From: Candidatus Nanohalarchaeota archaeon QJJ-5
GTDB lineage: Archaea; Nanohalarchaeota; Nanosalinia; Nanosalinales; Nanoanaerosalinaceae
Direction of reading: 5' to 3'
Assembly (NCBI GenBank): GCA_022865265.1
Contig: JALIDO010000001.1
Span: forward strand, 1 to 39,200
Length of the DNA stretch: 39,200 bases
Numbering within the stretch: the first letter of the stretch is position 1; each line of letters starts with the position of its first letter. The notes below the pieces were generated by a model that was not told where the DNA came from, ran no database searches, and saw only the letters and a program-made list of their open reading frames with translations. The position numbers and the translations under genes are program-made. Positions 24,426-32,608 of the stretch are shown in pieces.

Positions 24426-25595
24426 ATGGATACCCTCCCACACAGCCATGAACCATATACAGACAAGTACTTCCTCAGGACGAATGAGATCCTGCAGGAA
24501 GAAACCATCAACCCAGATGTCAGTATCAAGGTCTTCGCCCGTGGTGAAGGCCCAATCGCTGGGATCGACGAGGTGACAGACGTTATCGAGACATATGGCG
24601 ATACCGAAGAGATCGATGTCTGGGCGACCGAACAGGATGAATTCGAGACCAAAGACCCACTACTTATCATGGACGGCCCGATCCAAGAGCTGGTCGAGCT
24701 CGAAACCATGTATCTCGGTGTGCTCTCTCATCAGCTGACCGAAGCACACCCCGATCATTCGCCCCCGGACCCGGCCCAGTTCCAAGAGAATGTCGAAGAA
24801 GCTGTCTCAATCTATGATGAGGTCGATGTCCCGCTCCTGTACTTCGGTGCACGACATTACCACCCACTCCAGGACAAAGAACTCGCAGGAGCAGCCCTGG
24901 ATGGTGGGGCCGTCCAGACCTCGACCGATATCGGTTCCTCGAACATCAATGAAGACGGTGTCGGTACTACACCACATATCCTCACACTCACACTGGCTAG
25001 CGAGTACGGGAAAGAGAATGCAACCGTGCGGACAGCCGATCTTTTCGATCAGTACATGGATGAGGCGATCCCACGGACAACGTTGATCGATACATTCAAT
25101 CAGGAGATCGATGATGCCTTAGCAGTCTGTGAACTGTTCGAAGACCGATACGGGGATGATTGGACACACAAGTTCCGTGTCGATACCTGTGGTGAAAATG
25201 TGATGCAAGACGGTGACCCGTATGATCCCGAGGCAGGCCCGTACGAGACCGGTACCGGGGTCAGGATCAATGGTGTGAAAGAACTCCGTGACACGCTGAT
25301 CGAAGAAGGATATGGCGAAAACACAGAGATCATTCTCTCAAGTGGCTTTGGTGATCCAGAGAAAGCACGGGCTTTTGTCGAAGCACACAAAGAATATGTC
25401 GAGGAATCGGAACAACGATTCGGTGAATCATATGGACTGTTCCACGGTATCGGGGCCGGATCATTCGCTGATGGTATCCATGCCACAGCCGACATGTACG
25501 AGGCCGATGGTGAACCGATGTACAAGACCGGCAGGGATGTCGATCTAGAATCTATCGAACAATACAAGACCGACCACATGGAACAGGTGATCTGA
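24426..25595 (+). CDS. nicotinate phosphoribosyltransferase family protein (archaeal type II PRTase)
   Basis: YTDKYFLRTNEIL, LETMYLGVLS, YFGARHYHP, GVGTTPHIL, FRVDTCGE, ILSSGFG and GIGAG are collinear with the Thermoplasma-type NAPRTase family as I remember it. Confidence 0.8.
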   Translation: MDTLPHSHEPYTDKYFLRTNEILQEETINPDVSIKVFARGEGPIAGIDEVTDVIETYGDTEEIDVWATEQDEFETKDPLLIMDGPIQELVELETMYLGVLSHQLTEAHPDHSPPDPAQFQENVEEAVSIYDEVDVPLLYFGARHYHPLQDKELAGAALDGGAVQTSTDIGSSNINEDGVGTTPHILTLTLASEYGKENATVRTADLFDQYMDEAIPRTTLIDTFNQEIDDALAVCELFEDRYGDDWTHKFRVDTCGENVMQDGDPYDPEAGPYETGTGVRINGVKELRDTLIEEGYGENTEIILSSGFGDPEKARAFVEAHKEYVEESEQRFGESYGLFHGIGAGSFADGIHATADMYEADGEPMYKTGRDVDLESIEQYKTDHMEQVI

Positions 25596-25596
25596 A

Positions 25597-26010
25597 ATGG
25601 ATGTACTCGACCAGTACCTCGATGATCTCAGACAACAGCGTGATACCCTCGAGGAGATAACCACGCGATATGAGAAAATCAGAGAAAAACGACACCAGAC
25701 CCGAGAACAATACAAAGAGACCGTGATCGATGCACTCGAGACACTACAGGAGGAGATCGAGGACCCTGTCCCGCTGCTTTCTGTCGAAGAACGGGGACGT
25801 ATGGACTTCGATTACCAGGAGATCCTCACACCAGACGGTGTTGAGACCCGTGGCGGTGGTTATCACACCTGGGATGATCCTGTCAGTGTGGAAACATATC
25901 TCGACAGGCATTATCGCGGTACAGAAGAGCACATCGATCTTCTGGCAGACAGACTGGCAAACCTCGATGAGGATGACCTCCCCACGATCAGATATCCGAT
26001 CAATAGCTGA
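25597..26010 (+). CDS. hypothetical acidic protein P1 (137 aa), paralogue of P3
   Basis: It starts 1 nt after the NAPRT stop. It shares ETVIDALETLQEEIEDPVPLLSVEERGR..Y.E.LTPDGV and LADRLANLD with P3. Confidence 0.55.
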   Translation: MDVLDQYLDDLRQQRDTLEEITTRYEKIREKRHQTREQYKETVIDALETLQEEIEDPVPLLSVEERGRMDFDYQEILTPDGVETRGGGYHTWDDPVSVETYLDRHYRGTEEHIDLLADRLANLDEDDLPTIRYPINS

Positions 26011-26021
26011 GGTGCAAAACA

Positions 26022-26594
26022 ATGGAGAACAACGCAGACGATGATGCGATCACGATCGATCTCACACATCCCTATGAGGCAGACTGGATGGCCCGCGGTC
26101 GCAAGGAGAACCAGTACACTGATGCATTCAGGGACCATCTACAGCAGGAATATGGACTGAGCAACGAGGAAGCAGCTGAGATCGGCATGCAATATTTCAG
26201 TGATCCATTCCGTATCCCGGAACGGGACTGGGATATCATCTGGCAGGATGACCGCGATCCCGGACAGGCTGTTGAAGCATACCTAGGCCAGGCACGTGTA
26301 CAGCGGATCGTAGAGGAATACGGAGACGAACCGATCGATCCAGATCTGGAACAACAGGCAGACCGACAGGAAGCAAAACTTAAAGCTTCACGCAAGATCG
26401 AACGATACCTACAACAGCAGGACCATGATCCTATCGATATCAGTGGCTTCGGGCCATGGCACGAGACCTCACCATTGACACTAGATGAGGATGAATGGGA
26501 TGCGTTGATCAGGGCAGAGGATCCAGTCACATATCTTGGAGAAGATAGAATCCAGGAAACATTCCAGCAGTACAGCTCAGGTGAACCACGATGA
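26022..26594 (+). CDS. hypothetical acidic protein P2 (190 aa) with an apparent internal duplication
   Basis: A GAGGTG SD-like string lies 8 nt upstream of the ATG. Repeat units: ERDWDIIWQDDRDPGQAVEAYLGQARVQRIVEEYGDEP and EDEWDALIRAEDPVTYLGEDRIQETFQQYSSGEP. Confidence 0.55.
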   Translation: MENNADDDAITIDLTHPYEADWMARGRKENQYTDAFRDHLQQEYGLSNEEAAEIGMQYFSDPFRIPERDWDIIWQDDRDPGQAVEAYLGQARVQRIVEEYGDEPIDPDLEQQADRQEAKLKASRKIERYLQQQDHDPIDISGFGPWHETSPLTLDEDEWDALIRAEDPVTYLGEDRIQETFQQYSSGEPR

Positions 26595-27067
26595 TCGATA
26601 AACAACTTGACGCGATTGAGGAACTCGATACAGATCTCAGATATATTGAACAGGAGATCGAAACACTACGTGACCGATGGGAACGGGCCTATGAACAGAA
26701 ACAATCCTACGTGGTCGAGGCACTCGAAACAATCCAGCAGGACCTCGATGAAGACGAGACTGTTCCACTGGTGGAGACCGAAGAGTTCGGACGTGGCGGG
26801 CATTATCAGTATGAAGAGCATCTGACACCCGAGGGCGTCATCGCGACCAATATCGAACGTGTCAACAGGAACAGTAAGAACGAAGATGGTACCGCTGCAC
26901 AGTTGTATCTCTGGCGGACGGGTGATCAACCACTCGCACTGGACGAGGAATACCTACAGACCCGCGAACGGGATACGCCTGGTTTTTACGACAAACTTGT
27001 CGACCGACTCGAGGCCATCGACAATGGTTCAAACCGACTTCCGGAACTGCATACCTCCTATGACTGA
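26591..27067 (+). CDS. hypothetical acidic protein P3 (158 aa), paralogue of P1
   Basis: ATGA overlap with P2. SYVVEALETIQQDLDEDETVPLVETEEFGRGGHYQYEEHLTPEGV and LVDRLEAID align with P1. Confidence 0.55.
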   Translation: MIDKQLDAIEELDTDLRYIEQEIETLRDRWERAYEQKQSYVVEALETIQQDLDEDETVPLVETEEFGRGGHYQYEEHLTPEGVIATNIERVNRNSKNEDGTAAQLYLWRTGDQPLALDEEYLQTRERDTPGFYDKLVDRLEAIDNGSNRLPELHTSYD

Positions 27068-27938
27068 GGACGATATCATGGACACACTACTTGCAGTCAA
27101 AAAGACCGCATATGAGTACATGGACGAGGACGGGCGTCTGGATGATCTTCCAGCCGATGATTATGATGCTATCACCGAGGCCTATGATCGCCACAGTGAA
27201 ACACGAGAAACTCTCGAGACCGCACTCGAGGACCACGATATCGACTATGATGTTTCGTATGTGACCGAACTCGAAGATCTAGACGGTTATAACACCGTTA
27301 TATCTCTAGGCGGTGATGGGACTGCCATAACCACAGCTGCTTCGATCGAGGATCAACAATTTGCTCCGATCCAGTCTGATCCAAGTAGTACCGCTGCCAT
27401 CTGTACATACGATCATGATGAAGCAGCATCACTCGCCACTGATCTTGCTGAAGACAACTATCACCTAGAGGAGTGGACACGTGCGGCAGTCGAGCGTGAT
27501 GGTGAGTTCTTGGGTCGTGTGCTCAATGATCTCTATGTCGGCAAAGAACAGATCTATCGACCATCGGAATACGTCCTTGAGCATGCGAATCACACCTATG
27601 AACAGCTGGATAATGGCGTGGTGGTCGCGACCGGTACCGGCTCGACGGCCTGGTACACGAACACGAGAGATGATGGATTGGCCACCTTCGACCGAGCAGC
27701 CGATGAACTCCGGTATGCCAACATGATGCCGATGCAAGATACTGATCTCATCCAGGGACGTATCAGTGATGAGGAATCGCTTCAGATCACCTCATCGATG
27801 AACGTGAACGGTGCCATTGTCCTCGATGGAGATGATGATGCTGTCTATTCGTTCCCGCGTGGAAGTACGGTCCAGATCAGCATCGCAGATGAACCCCTTA
27901 CTGTCATCAGATCGGAGGAGGATAATGATGGCGTTTGA
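27060..27938 (+). CDS. nadK: NAD kinase
   Basis: ATG 27060 overlaps the P3 stop (ATGACTGA). ISLGGDGT (GGDG motif), LNDLYV and VVATGTGSTAW. Confidence 0.85.
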   Translation: MTEDDIMDTLLAVKKTAYEYMDEDGRLDDLPADDYDAITEAYDRHSETRETLETALEDHDIDYDVSYVTELEDLDGYNTVISLGGDGTAITTAASIEDQQFAPIQSDPSSTAAICTYDHDEAASLATDLAEDNYHLEEWTRAAVERDGEFLGRVLNDLYVGKEQIYRPSEYVLEHANHTYEQLDNGVVVATGTGSTAWYTNTRDDGLATFDRAADELRYANMMPMQDTDLIQGRISDEESLQITSSMNVNGAIVLDGDDDAVYSFPRGSTVQISIADEPLTVIRSEEDNDGV

Positions 27939-28575
27939 GGATCCTGCTGTCACGGTAGATGTGATCATCTTTACGATAAAAGATGGTCGACTCCAATTAC
28001 TCTGTGTCCAGCGTGAAAATGAGCCATTCAAGGGCGATCCTGCACTGCCTGGAGGGTTCATCGATATCAATGAGTCACTTGAGACTGCTGCCACACGTAT
28101 TCTCGAAGAGAAGACTGGTGTAACGGATGTCTACCTTGAACAGCTCTATACATTTGGTGATCCGGACAGAGATCCTCGAAAACGTGTGATCACGGTGAGT
28201 TATTTTGCGATCGTCAATCATGATGATGTCACTGTCTCTGGCGATGATGCGGACTGGTATCCTGTCCGGGATCGGCCTGACTTAGCGTTCGATCATGATT
28301 CGATTGTCTCCTATGCCAACCAACGGCTCCAGTGGAAACTCGAGTACACGACTGCTGCTTTTTCCTTCCTCCCTGAGCAGTTCACCATGTCTGACCTACA
28401 AAAGGTCTATGAGACTGTCTTTGATCGATCATTCGACAAGCGGAATTTCCGCCGGAAGATCAAGAAACTGGATCTGGTCGAGGATACAGGAACGAAGACA
28501 GAGAATGTTTCTCATCGGCCCGCCACTTTGTACCGCCCGAACAAGGATGTGGGTGAGATTGTCGAAATCCTGTGA
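27925..28575 (+). CDS. NrtR-like protein: Nudix domain with a partly degenerate Nudix box fused to a C-terminal winged-helix domain
   Basis: ATG 27925 gives a 14-nt overlap with nadK. The Nudix box is GGFIDINESLETAATRILEEKTGV, so the REUxEE core reads RILEEK. The C-terminal half, FTMSDLQKVYETVFDRSFDKRNFRRKIKKLDLVEDTG, matches the NrtR wHTH signature (..L..vYe.i......kRNFRrK) as I remember it. Confidence 0.7.
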   Translation: MMAFEDPAVTVDVIIFTIKDGRLQLLCVQRENEPFKGDPALPGGFIDINESLETAATRILEEKTGVTDVYLEQLYTFGDPDRDPRKRVITVSYFAIVNHDDVTVSGDDADWYPVRDRPDLAFDHDSIVSYANQRLQWKLEYTTAAFSFLPEQFTMSDLQKVYETVFDRSFDKRNFRRKIKKLDLVEDTGTKTENVSHRPATLYRPNKDVGEIVEIL

Positions 28576-28700
28576 AGATTACAAACCCCGACAATCTTGT
28601 CCCACTTTACTCATGAATGCAAATTGTTACCCGCAGAAACTAAACTTATTTAATACTCACCTCGGCATGGTGGGCTGGTCATCACGGACCAGTGACACAC

Positions 28701-29333
28701 ATGACAGACACAGGTAACCTGTATGTCTTCGAAGGCATGGACGGGGTCGGCAAATCGACCGTGGCCGAACGATTCGCCGAGACGATCGATGCTGATCTGA
28801 TGCAGACACCTGGTGATGGGATCAGTCAGATCCGTGAATACGTGGACAGCGACCAGCACTCACGAGAGACAAAGTTTTTGTTGTATCTCGGATCGAATGC
28901 AGCCGTCTCCGACCAGATCGAAGACCGGCTCGAACAGGGAGACGATGTTGTCCTGGACCGATACGTACCAACGACAGTTGCGTACAATGCTGCAGCGACC
29001 GAGGACGATGATCTCGAGATGTGGGTCGATCGTGCTGACGAATACGATTTCACTGACCCTGATGAATTATTTTATCTCCACACGGATGAGGAGACACGGA
29101 AAGAACGGATGTATGGGCGCGATGATGTTGGGAAGCGCCATGAGACAGATGACGAGTTCATGCAGGAGGTCCGAGTAGTCTATGATGAACTCATCGATGT
29201 ATATGATATGCAGCCTATAGAGGCAGTTGATGGCGTTGATAATGTCATCGATTCGATACTGGAGCAGACAGAGGGGATGGAGGCAGAACGACAGACAGGT
29301 GACAGCGTTGAATCAGACAGCCCTCACGATTAA
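28701..29333 (+). CDS. tmk: thymidylate kinase
   Basis: LYVFEGMDGVGKST P-loop, DRY motif (VLDRYVPTTVAY) and a lid region. The ATG is at 28701. TTATTTAATA lies at about 28647-28656 upstream. Confidence 0.85.
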   Translation: MTDTGNLYVFEGMDGVGKSTVAERFAETIDADLMQTPGDGISQIREYVDSDQHSRETKFLLYLGSNAAVSDQIEDRLEQGDDVVLDRYVPTTVAYNAAATEDDDLEMWVDRADEYDFTDPDELFYLHTDEETRKERMYGRDDVGKRHETDDEFMQEVRVVYDELIDVYDMQPIEAVDGVDNVIDSILEQTEGMEAERQTGDSVESDSPHD

Positions 29334-31077
29334 GACGACGACAGACTCCCCTGAAACGGATGAATTCTCACCCTCCGAACGTGCCGAATCGATCCTGCGA
29401 GATGGAGATATTCTTGCCGAGGATGAATCACCTGAGGCGATGCTTGACCGTGTTGCCGGTGTCATACCTTCGATCGAGCAAGAATTCGGTCTTTCAGAAG
29501 ATATGGCACAAGCATTCGCTGATCAGATGCGTACGCTTTTCCAGGAACGGAAGATTGTTCCGAGTACACCGATCATGACGAATGCTCAACGGTTCGATCA
29601 CCGTCCACTGTCGGCATGTTCGGTCCCACCGGTCGATCTTGATAGTGATTATGAGACACTGAAAGATACTGTCGACACATACCATCAAGAGGGTATGGGA
29701 ACCGGATTTGCACTTGATGAGGCCAGTGATCCGATCGAGACCCTCATCGATCTCCAGGAGATCGCAAAGACGGGACTCGAGACAGAAAAACAGCACCGGC
29801 CTGTCGGCAACATGGGCATCATGCGGATCGATCACCCCAAGATCAGGGAGTTCATCACGATCAAACAACAGACACAGGACAAAGATTGGAAGTTCAACCT
29901 CTCGGTGAACATCACAGATGCCTTCATGGAGGCATATGAGAACGATGAGCCGTTCGAACTCCGTGATGGAACGACCGAAGACCCACAGGAACTGATGGAT
30001 CTTATGGTGAACTGTGCCTGGGACTGTGCTGATCCTGGTCTTATCTTTTTGGGTAACATGAACCGGCGCCGTCCGTTCGATGGTGCGATGAACTATGTCT
30101 CGGTCGCTCCGTGCGGAGAGGTCGGTTTGGCCGAGGGCGAAACATGTCAGTTCGCATCGATCAATATTGCTGCGTTCCTCGAAGATGGTGAGATAGACTA
30201 TGAGGAACTCAAACACGCAACCTACTGTGTGACACGGTTCCTCGATGATGTGTTAGAATACAGCATCCAGCATTACACCCATGAGGAAAGTATCGAAGCC
30301 ATGCGTACCAGTCGGAAAATTGGGATCGGGTTCTGTGGCTACAGCAAGCTACTGACAAAGATGGGACTTGTCTATGACAGTGAACAGGCAAACCAGATCC
30401 TGCGTGATCTGTTGTCGTTCATAAACTATCACAGCAAGCATTACAGCAAAGAACTGGCCGATTCCCGTGGCAGCTTCGATGGATGGGAAGAAAGTCTCTA
30501 TAGCGATCCTGATACCGATTTCTTGACAGAGAAATTCGGTGATGCGGACAGTCAGACGGTCAGCCGCAAAGACTGGCAGCAGCTCGATCGGGCCATCACT
30601 GAACAAGGACTACGGAACTCGACCACGGTGATCCTTCCACCGACCGGACGGAGCTCGCTGACCTTCGATACCTCCCAGTCGATCGAGCCGATCTTCTCAC
30701 TCAGTGACCAGTACGATACCCTGAACGAAGAGTTCGTCCAGACCTTAGAAGATCGTGATCTTGCTGGTGATGAGGTACTTGAATCGGTCCGGGAGAACGG
30801 TAGCTGTCAGCATCTCGATCTGCCTACAGATATCAAACAAGTATTCCGGACAGCGGTCGAGATCAGCTATGAACAGCATTTCAATGTTCTGGTCGAGGCC
30901 CAACGGTTCGTGGATGAATCGGTCTCGAAGACCATCAATCTGCCGAAAGACGCCGATCCAGCGGCTGTCGAACAGGTCTATCGTCGAGCCTACCAAGAGG
31001 GTCTCAATGGCATGACTGTCTATCGGAATGGCTCTGCTGAGGAGCAACCAATGGATCTCAAGGAGGAAGATCAATGA
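29299..31077 (+). CDS. nrdJ: ribonucleotide reductase, class II (adenosylcobalamin-dependent) type, compact form
   Basis: The N-terminus must include SERAESILRDG...PEAMLDRVA, so the start is GTG 29299 or TTG 29308, overlapping the tmk 3' end. VPSTPIMTNA, VSVAPCGEVGL (NxCGE-type active-site Cys), TVILPPTGRSS and ESVSKTINLP. No R2 subunit gene is adjacent. Confidence 0.85.
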   Translation: MTALNQTALTIKTTTDSPETDEFSPSERAESILRDGDILAEDESPEAMLDRVAGVIPSIEQEFGLSEDMAQAFADQMRTLFQERKIVPSTPIMTNAQRFDHRPLSACSVPPVDLDSDYETLKDTVDTYHQEGMGTGFALDEASDPIETLIDLQEIAKTGLETEKQHRPVGNMGIMRIDHPKIREFITIKQQTQDKDWKFNLSVNITDAFMEAYENDEPFELRDGTTEDPQELMDLMVNCAWDCADPGLIFLGNMNRRRPFDGAMNYVSVAPCGEVGLAEGETCQFASINIAAFLEDGEIDYEELKHATYCVTRFLDDVLEYSIQHYTHEESIEAMRTSRKIGIGFCGYSKLLTKMGLVYDSEQANQILRDLLSFINYHSKHYSKELADSRGSFDGWEESLYSDPDTDFLTEKFGDADSQTVSRKDWQQLDRAITEQGLRNSTTVILPPTGRSSLTFDTSQSIEPIFSLSDQYDTLNEEFVQTLEDRDLAGDEVLESVRENGSCQHLDLPTDIKQVFRTAVEISYEQHFNVLVEAQRFVDESVSKTINLPKDADPAAVEQVYRRAYQEGLNGMTVYRNGSAEEQPMDLKEEDQ

Positions 31078-31646
31078 CCCAGTATATCTTTGCACTGAAC
31101 GGTGTCCATACTGCTGGTAAATCCACGTTCGGTGAGATGATAGATGAACGGACAGATCTGGAGTATCACAGCGAAATAGCCCAGATGCTGATCGATGAAC
31201 ACGATGAGGACTGGGGAGAAGAGGGCGATCATGCCTTCCAGGAGAAGATTCACCAGTATGAGACCCATCGTGATAGAGAGATCTTCCAGCACGATGATGA
31301 TGTCGCTATCGAGACCTGGCATACAGGGAATCTAGCACACAGTATCGAGAATGCCGGTGATGACTTGGTCGAGGCTCAACGAGAGTACCTCGAACAGGTG
31401 ACTGAACAGGATGATACTGAGGTGTATGCTTTGTTTTTCGATATCCCACTCGAGACCATCTGGGACCGCAGCCCGCATTTCGAAGAGGGTAATGAGGAGA
31501 TCATCGCTTTCTATGACCAGGTCAGACAGAACCATTTCGATCTGTATGATGAGTTCGACATCGACTATGAGGTTATCGACAGTACAGGGACACCCCCACA
31601 AACATATGAACAGGCACAACCGTATATTGAATCGGTGCGCGAATGA
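31074..31646 (+). CDS. P-loop kinase (AAA_28/NadR-RNK-like or deoxynucleoside-kinase-like)
   Basis: ATGA overlap with nrdJ. P-loop NGVHTAGKST. The layout of P-loop, acidic/aromatic substrate segment and AIETWHTGNLAH resembles small nucleoside or ribosylnicotinamide kinases. The substrate cannot be read from the sequence. Confidence 0.55.
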   Translation: MTQYIFALNGVHTAGKSTFGEMIDERTDLEYHSEIAQMLIDEHDEDWGEEGDHAFQEKIHQYETHRDREIFQHDDDVAIETWHTGNLAHSIENAGDDLVEAQREYLEQVTEQDDTEVYALFFDIPLETIWDRSPHFEEGNEEIIAFYDQVRQNHFDLYDEFDIDYEVIDSTGTPPQTYEQAQPYIESVRE

Positions 31647-32608
31647 TGGAGTACACAGATCCCCTCTATGGAACAGTCACTTTCAGTGACCTAGAACAAG
31701 AGGTCATTGAGAACACGGCTCTACAACGGCTGAAAGAGATTCATCAGAACGGGGCAGCCTTTTTGGTCAATAAACGGATGAAAACGACACGATATGACCA
31801 TAGCCTCGGTGTGGCAACGCTTGTCAAGCAGTTCGGTTGTGATGAGGATGAGGTTATCGCCGCACTGGTCCATGATGTCTCACACACAGCTTTCAGTCAC
31901 CTTGCCGATCAGCTCTTTGAGCGGAAAGATCAGACCTATCATGAGGACTTCCATGAACGGTTCGTCACAGACCATGGGCTGGACACACTGGTTAAGGACC
32001 ATGGCTATGATCCAACATATATCTTCGATGAAGACAATTTCACCGTCCTCGAACGCGATCGTCCCGATATCTGTGCCGACCGGCTCGACTATATGCTGCG
32101 GGATCTGTATACCTATGGGCTATTACAACCGACCCATGCTGAACAGATCATCGAGAACCTGACCGTGACCGATGGCACCATCGTGGCCGAGGATATCGAG
32201 ACTGCGAAAACCGTGGCTGAGCGGTTCATCCAGCTGAACGAGGAGGTCTTTTTCGATCCAGAACATGAGGCCGCAAACCTGCTGCTGAAAGAAATACTGC
32301 AGCAGGCGATGGATGAGGGCATTCTTACCACAGAAGATCTGTTCAAGACCGATGAACATGTCCTTGAGACACTGCGTGGATCATCTCTTGCAGCGGACCT
32401 CGAGGCCATCGGCCCAGGCATCAGTGTGGAGCCAGATGCTGATGGTGAGTATACGATGTACCGGAAACATCGCTATGTCGATCCACCAGTCCATGAGACA
32501 GGAAAACGCCTAACAGATCTCGATGATGAAGCGGCACAGATGATCGAAGACTTCAAAGACCGTGTCCCGACTGAACCAAGCTTCTCTATCACGGTACCAA
32601 CGAACTGA
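31643..32608 (+). CDS. HD-domain phosphohydrolase, COG1078/SAMHD1-like (putative dNTP triphosphohydrolase)
   Basis: ATGA overlap with the upstream gene. RYDHSLGVATL, AALVHDVSHTAFSH and ADRLDYMLRD form the H..HD..D pattern, in the order typical of COG1078. Confidence 0.75.
   Translation: MMEYTDPLYGTVTFSDLEQEVIENTALQRLKEIHQNGAAFLVNKRMKTTRYDHSLGVATLVKQFGCDEDEVIAALVHDVSHTAFSHLADQLFERKDQTYHEDFHERFVTDHGLDTLVKDHGYDPTYIFDEDNFTVLERDRPDICADRLDYMLRDLYTYGLLQPTHAEQIIENLTVTDGTIVAEDIETAKTVAERFIQLNEEVFFDPEHEAANLLLKEILQQAMDEGILTTEDLFKTDEHVLETLRGSSLAADLEAIGPGISVEPDADGEYTMYRKHRYVDPPVHETGKRLTDLDDEAAQMIEDFKDRVPTEPSFSITVPTN

Noticed and set aside
24263-24709. 148-aa Ser-rich minus-strand ORF spanning the NAD-operon promoter
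   Set aside because: It is antisense to the NAPRT 5' region, is low-complexity Ser/Val/Ile-rich, and crosses the TATA box and palindrome. It is not credible as coding sequence.
26072-26605. 177-aa minus-strand ORF antisense to P2
   Set aside because: It is Ser/Cys/Arg-rich shadow-frame composition. The + strand frame has SD-like and overlap coupling to its neighbours.
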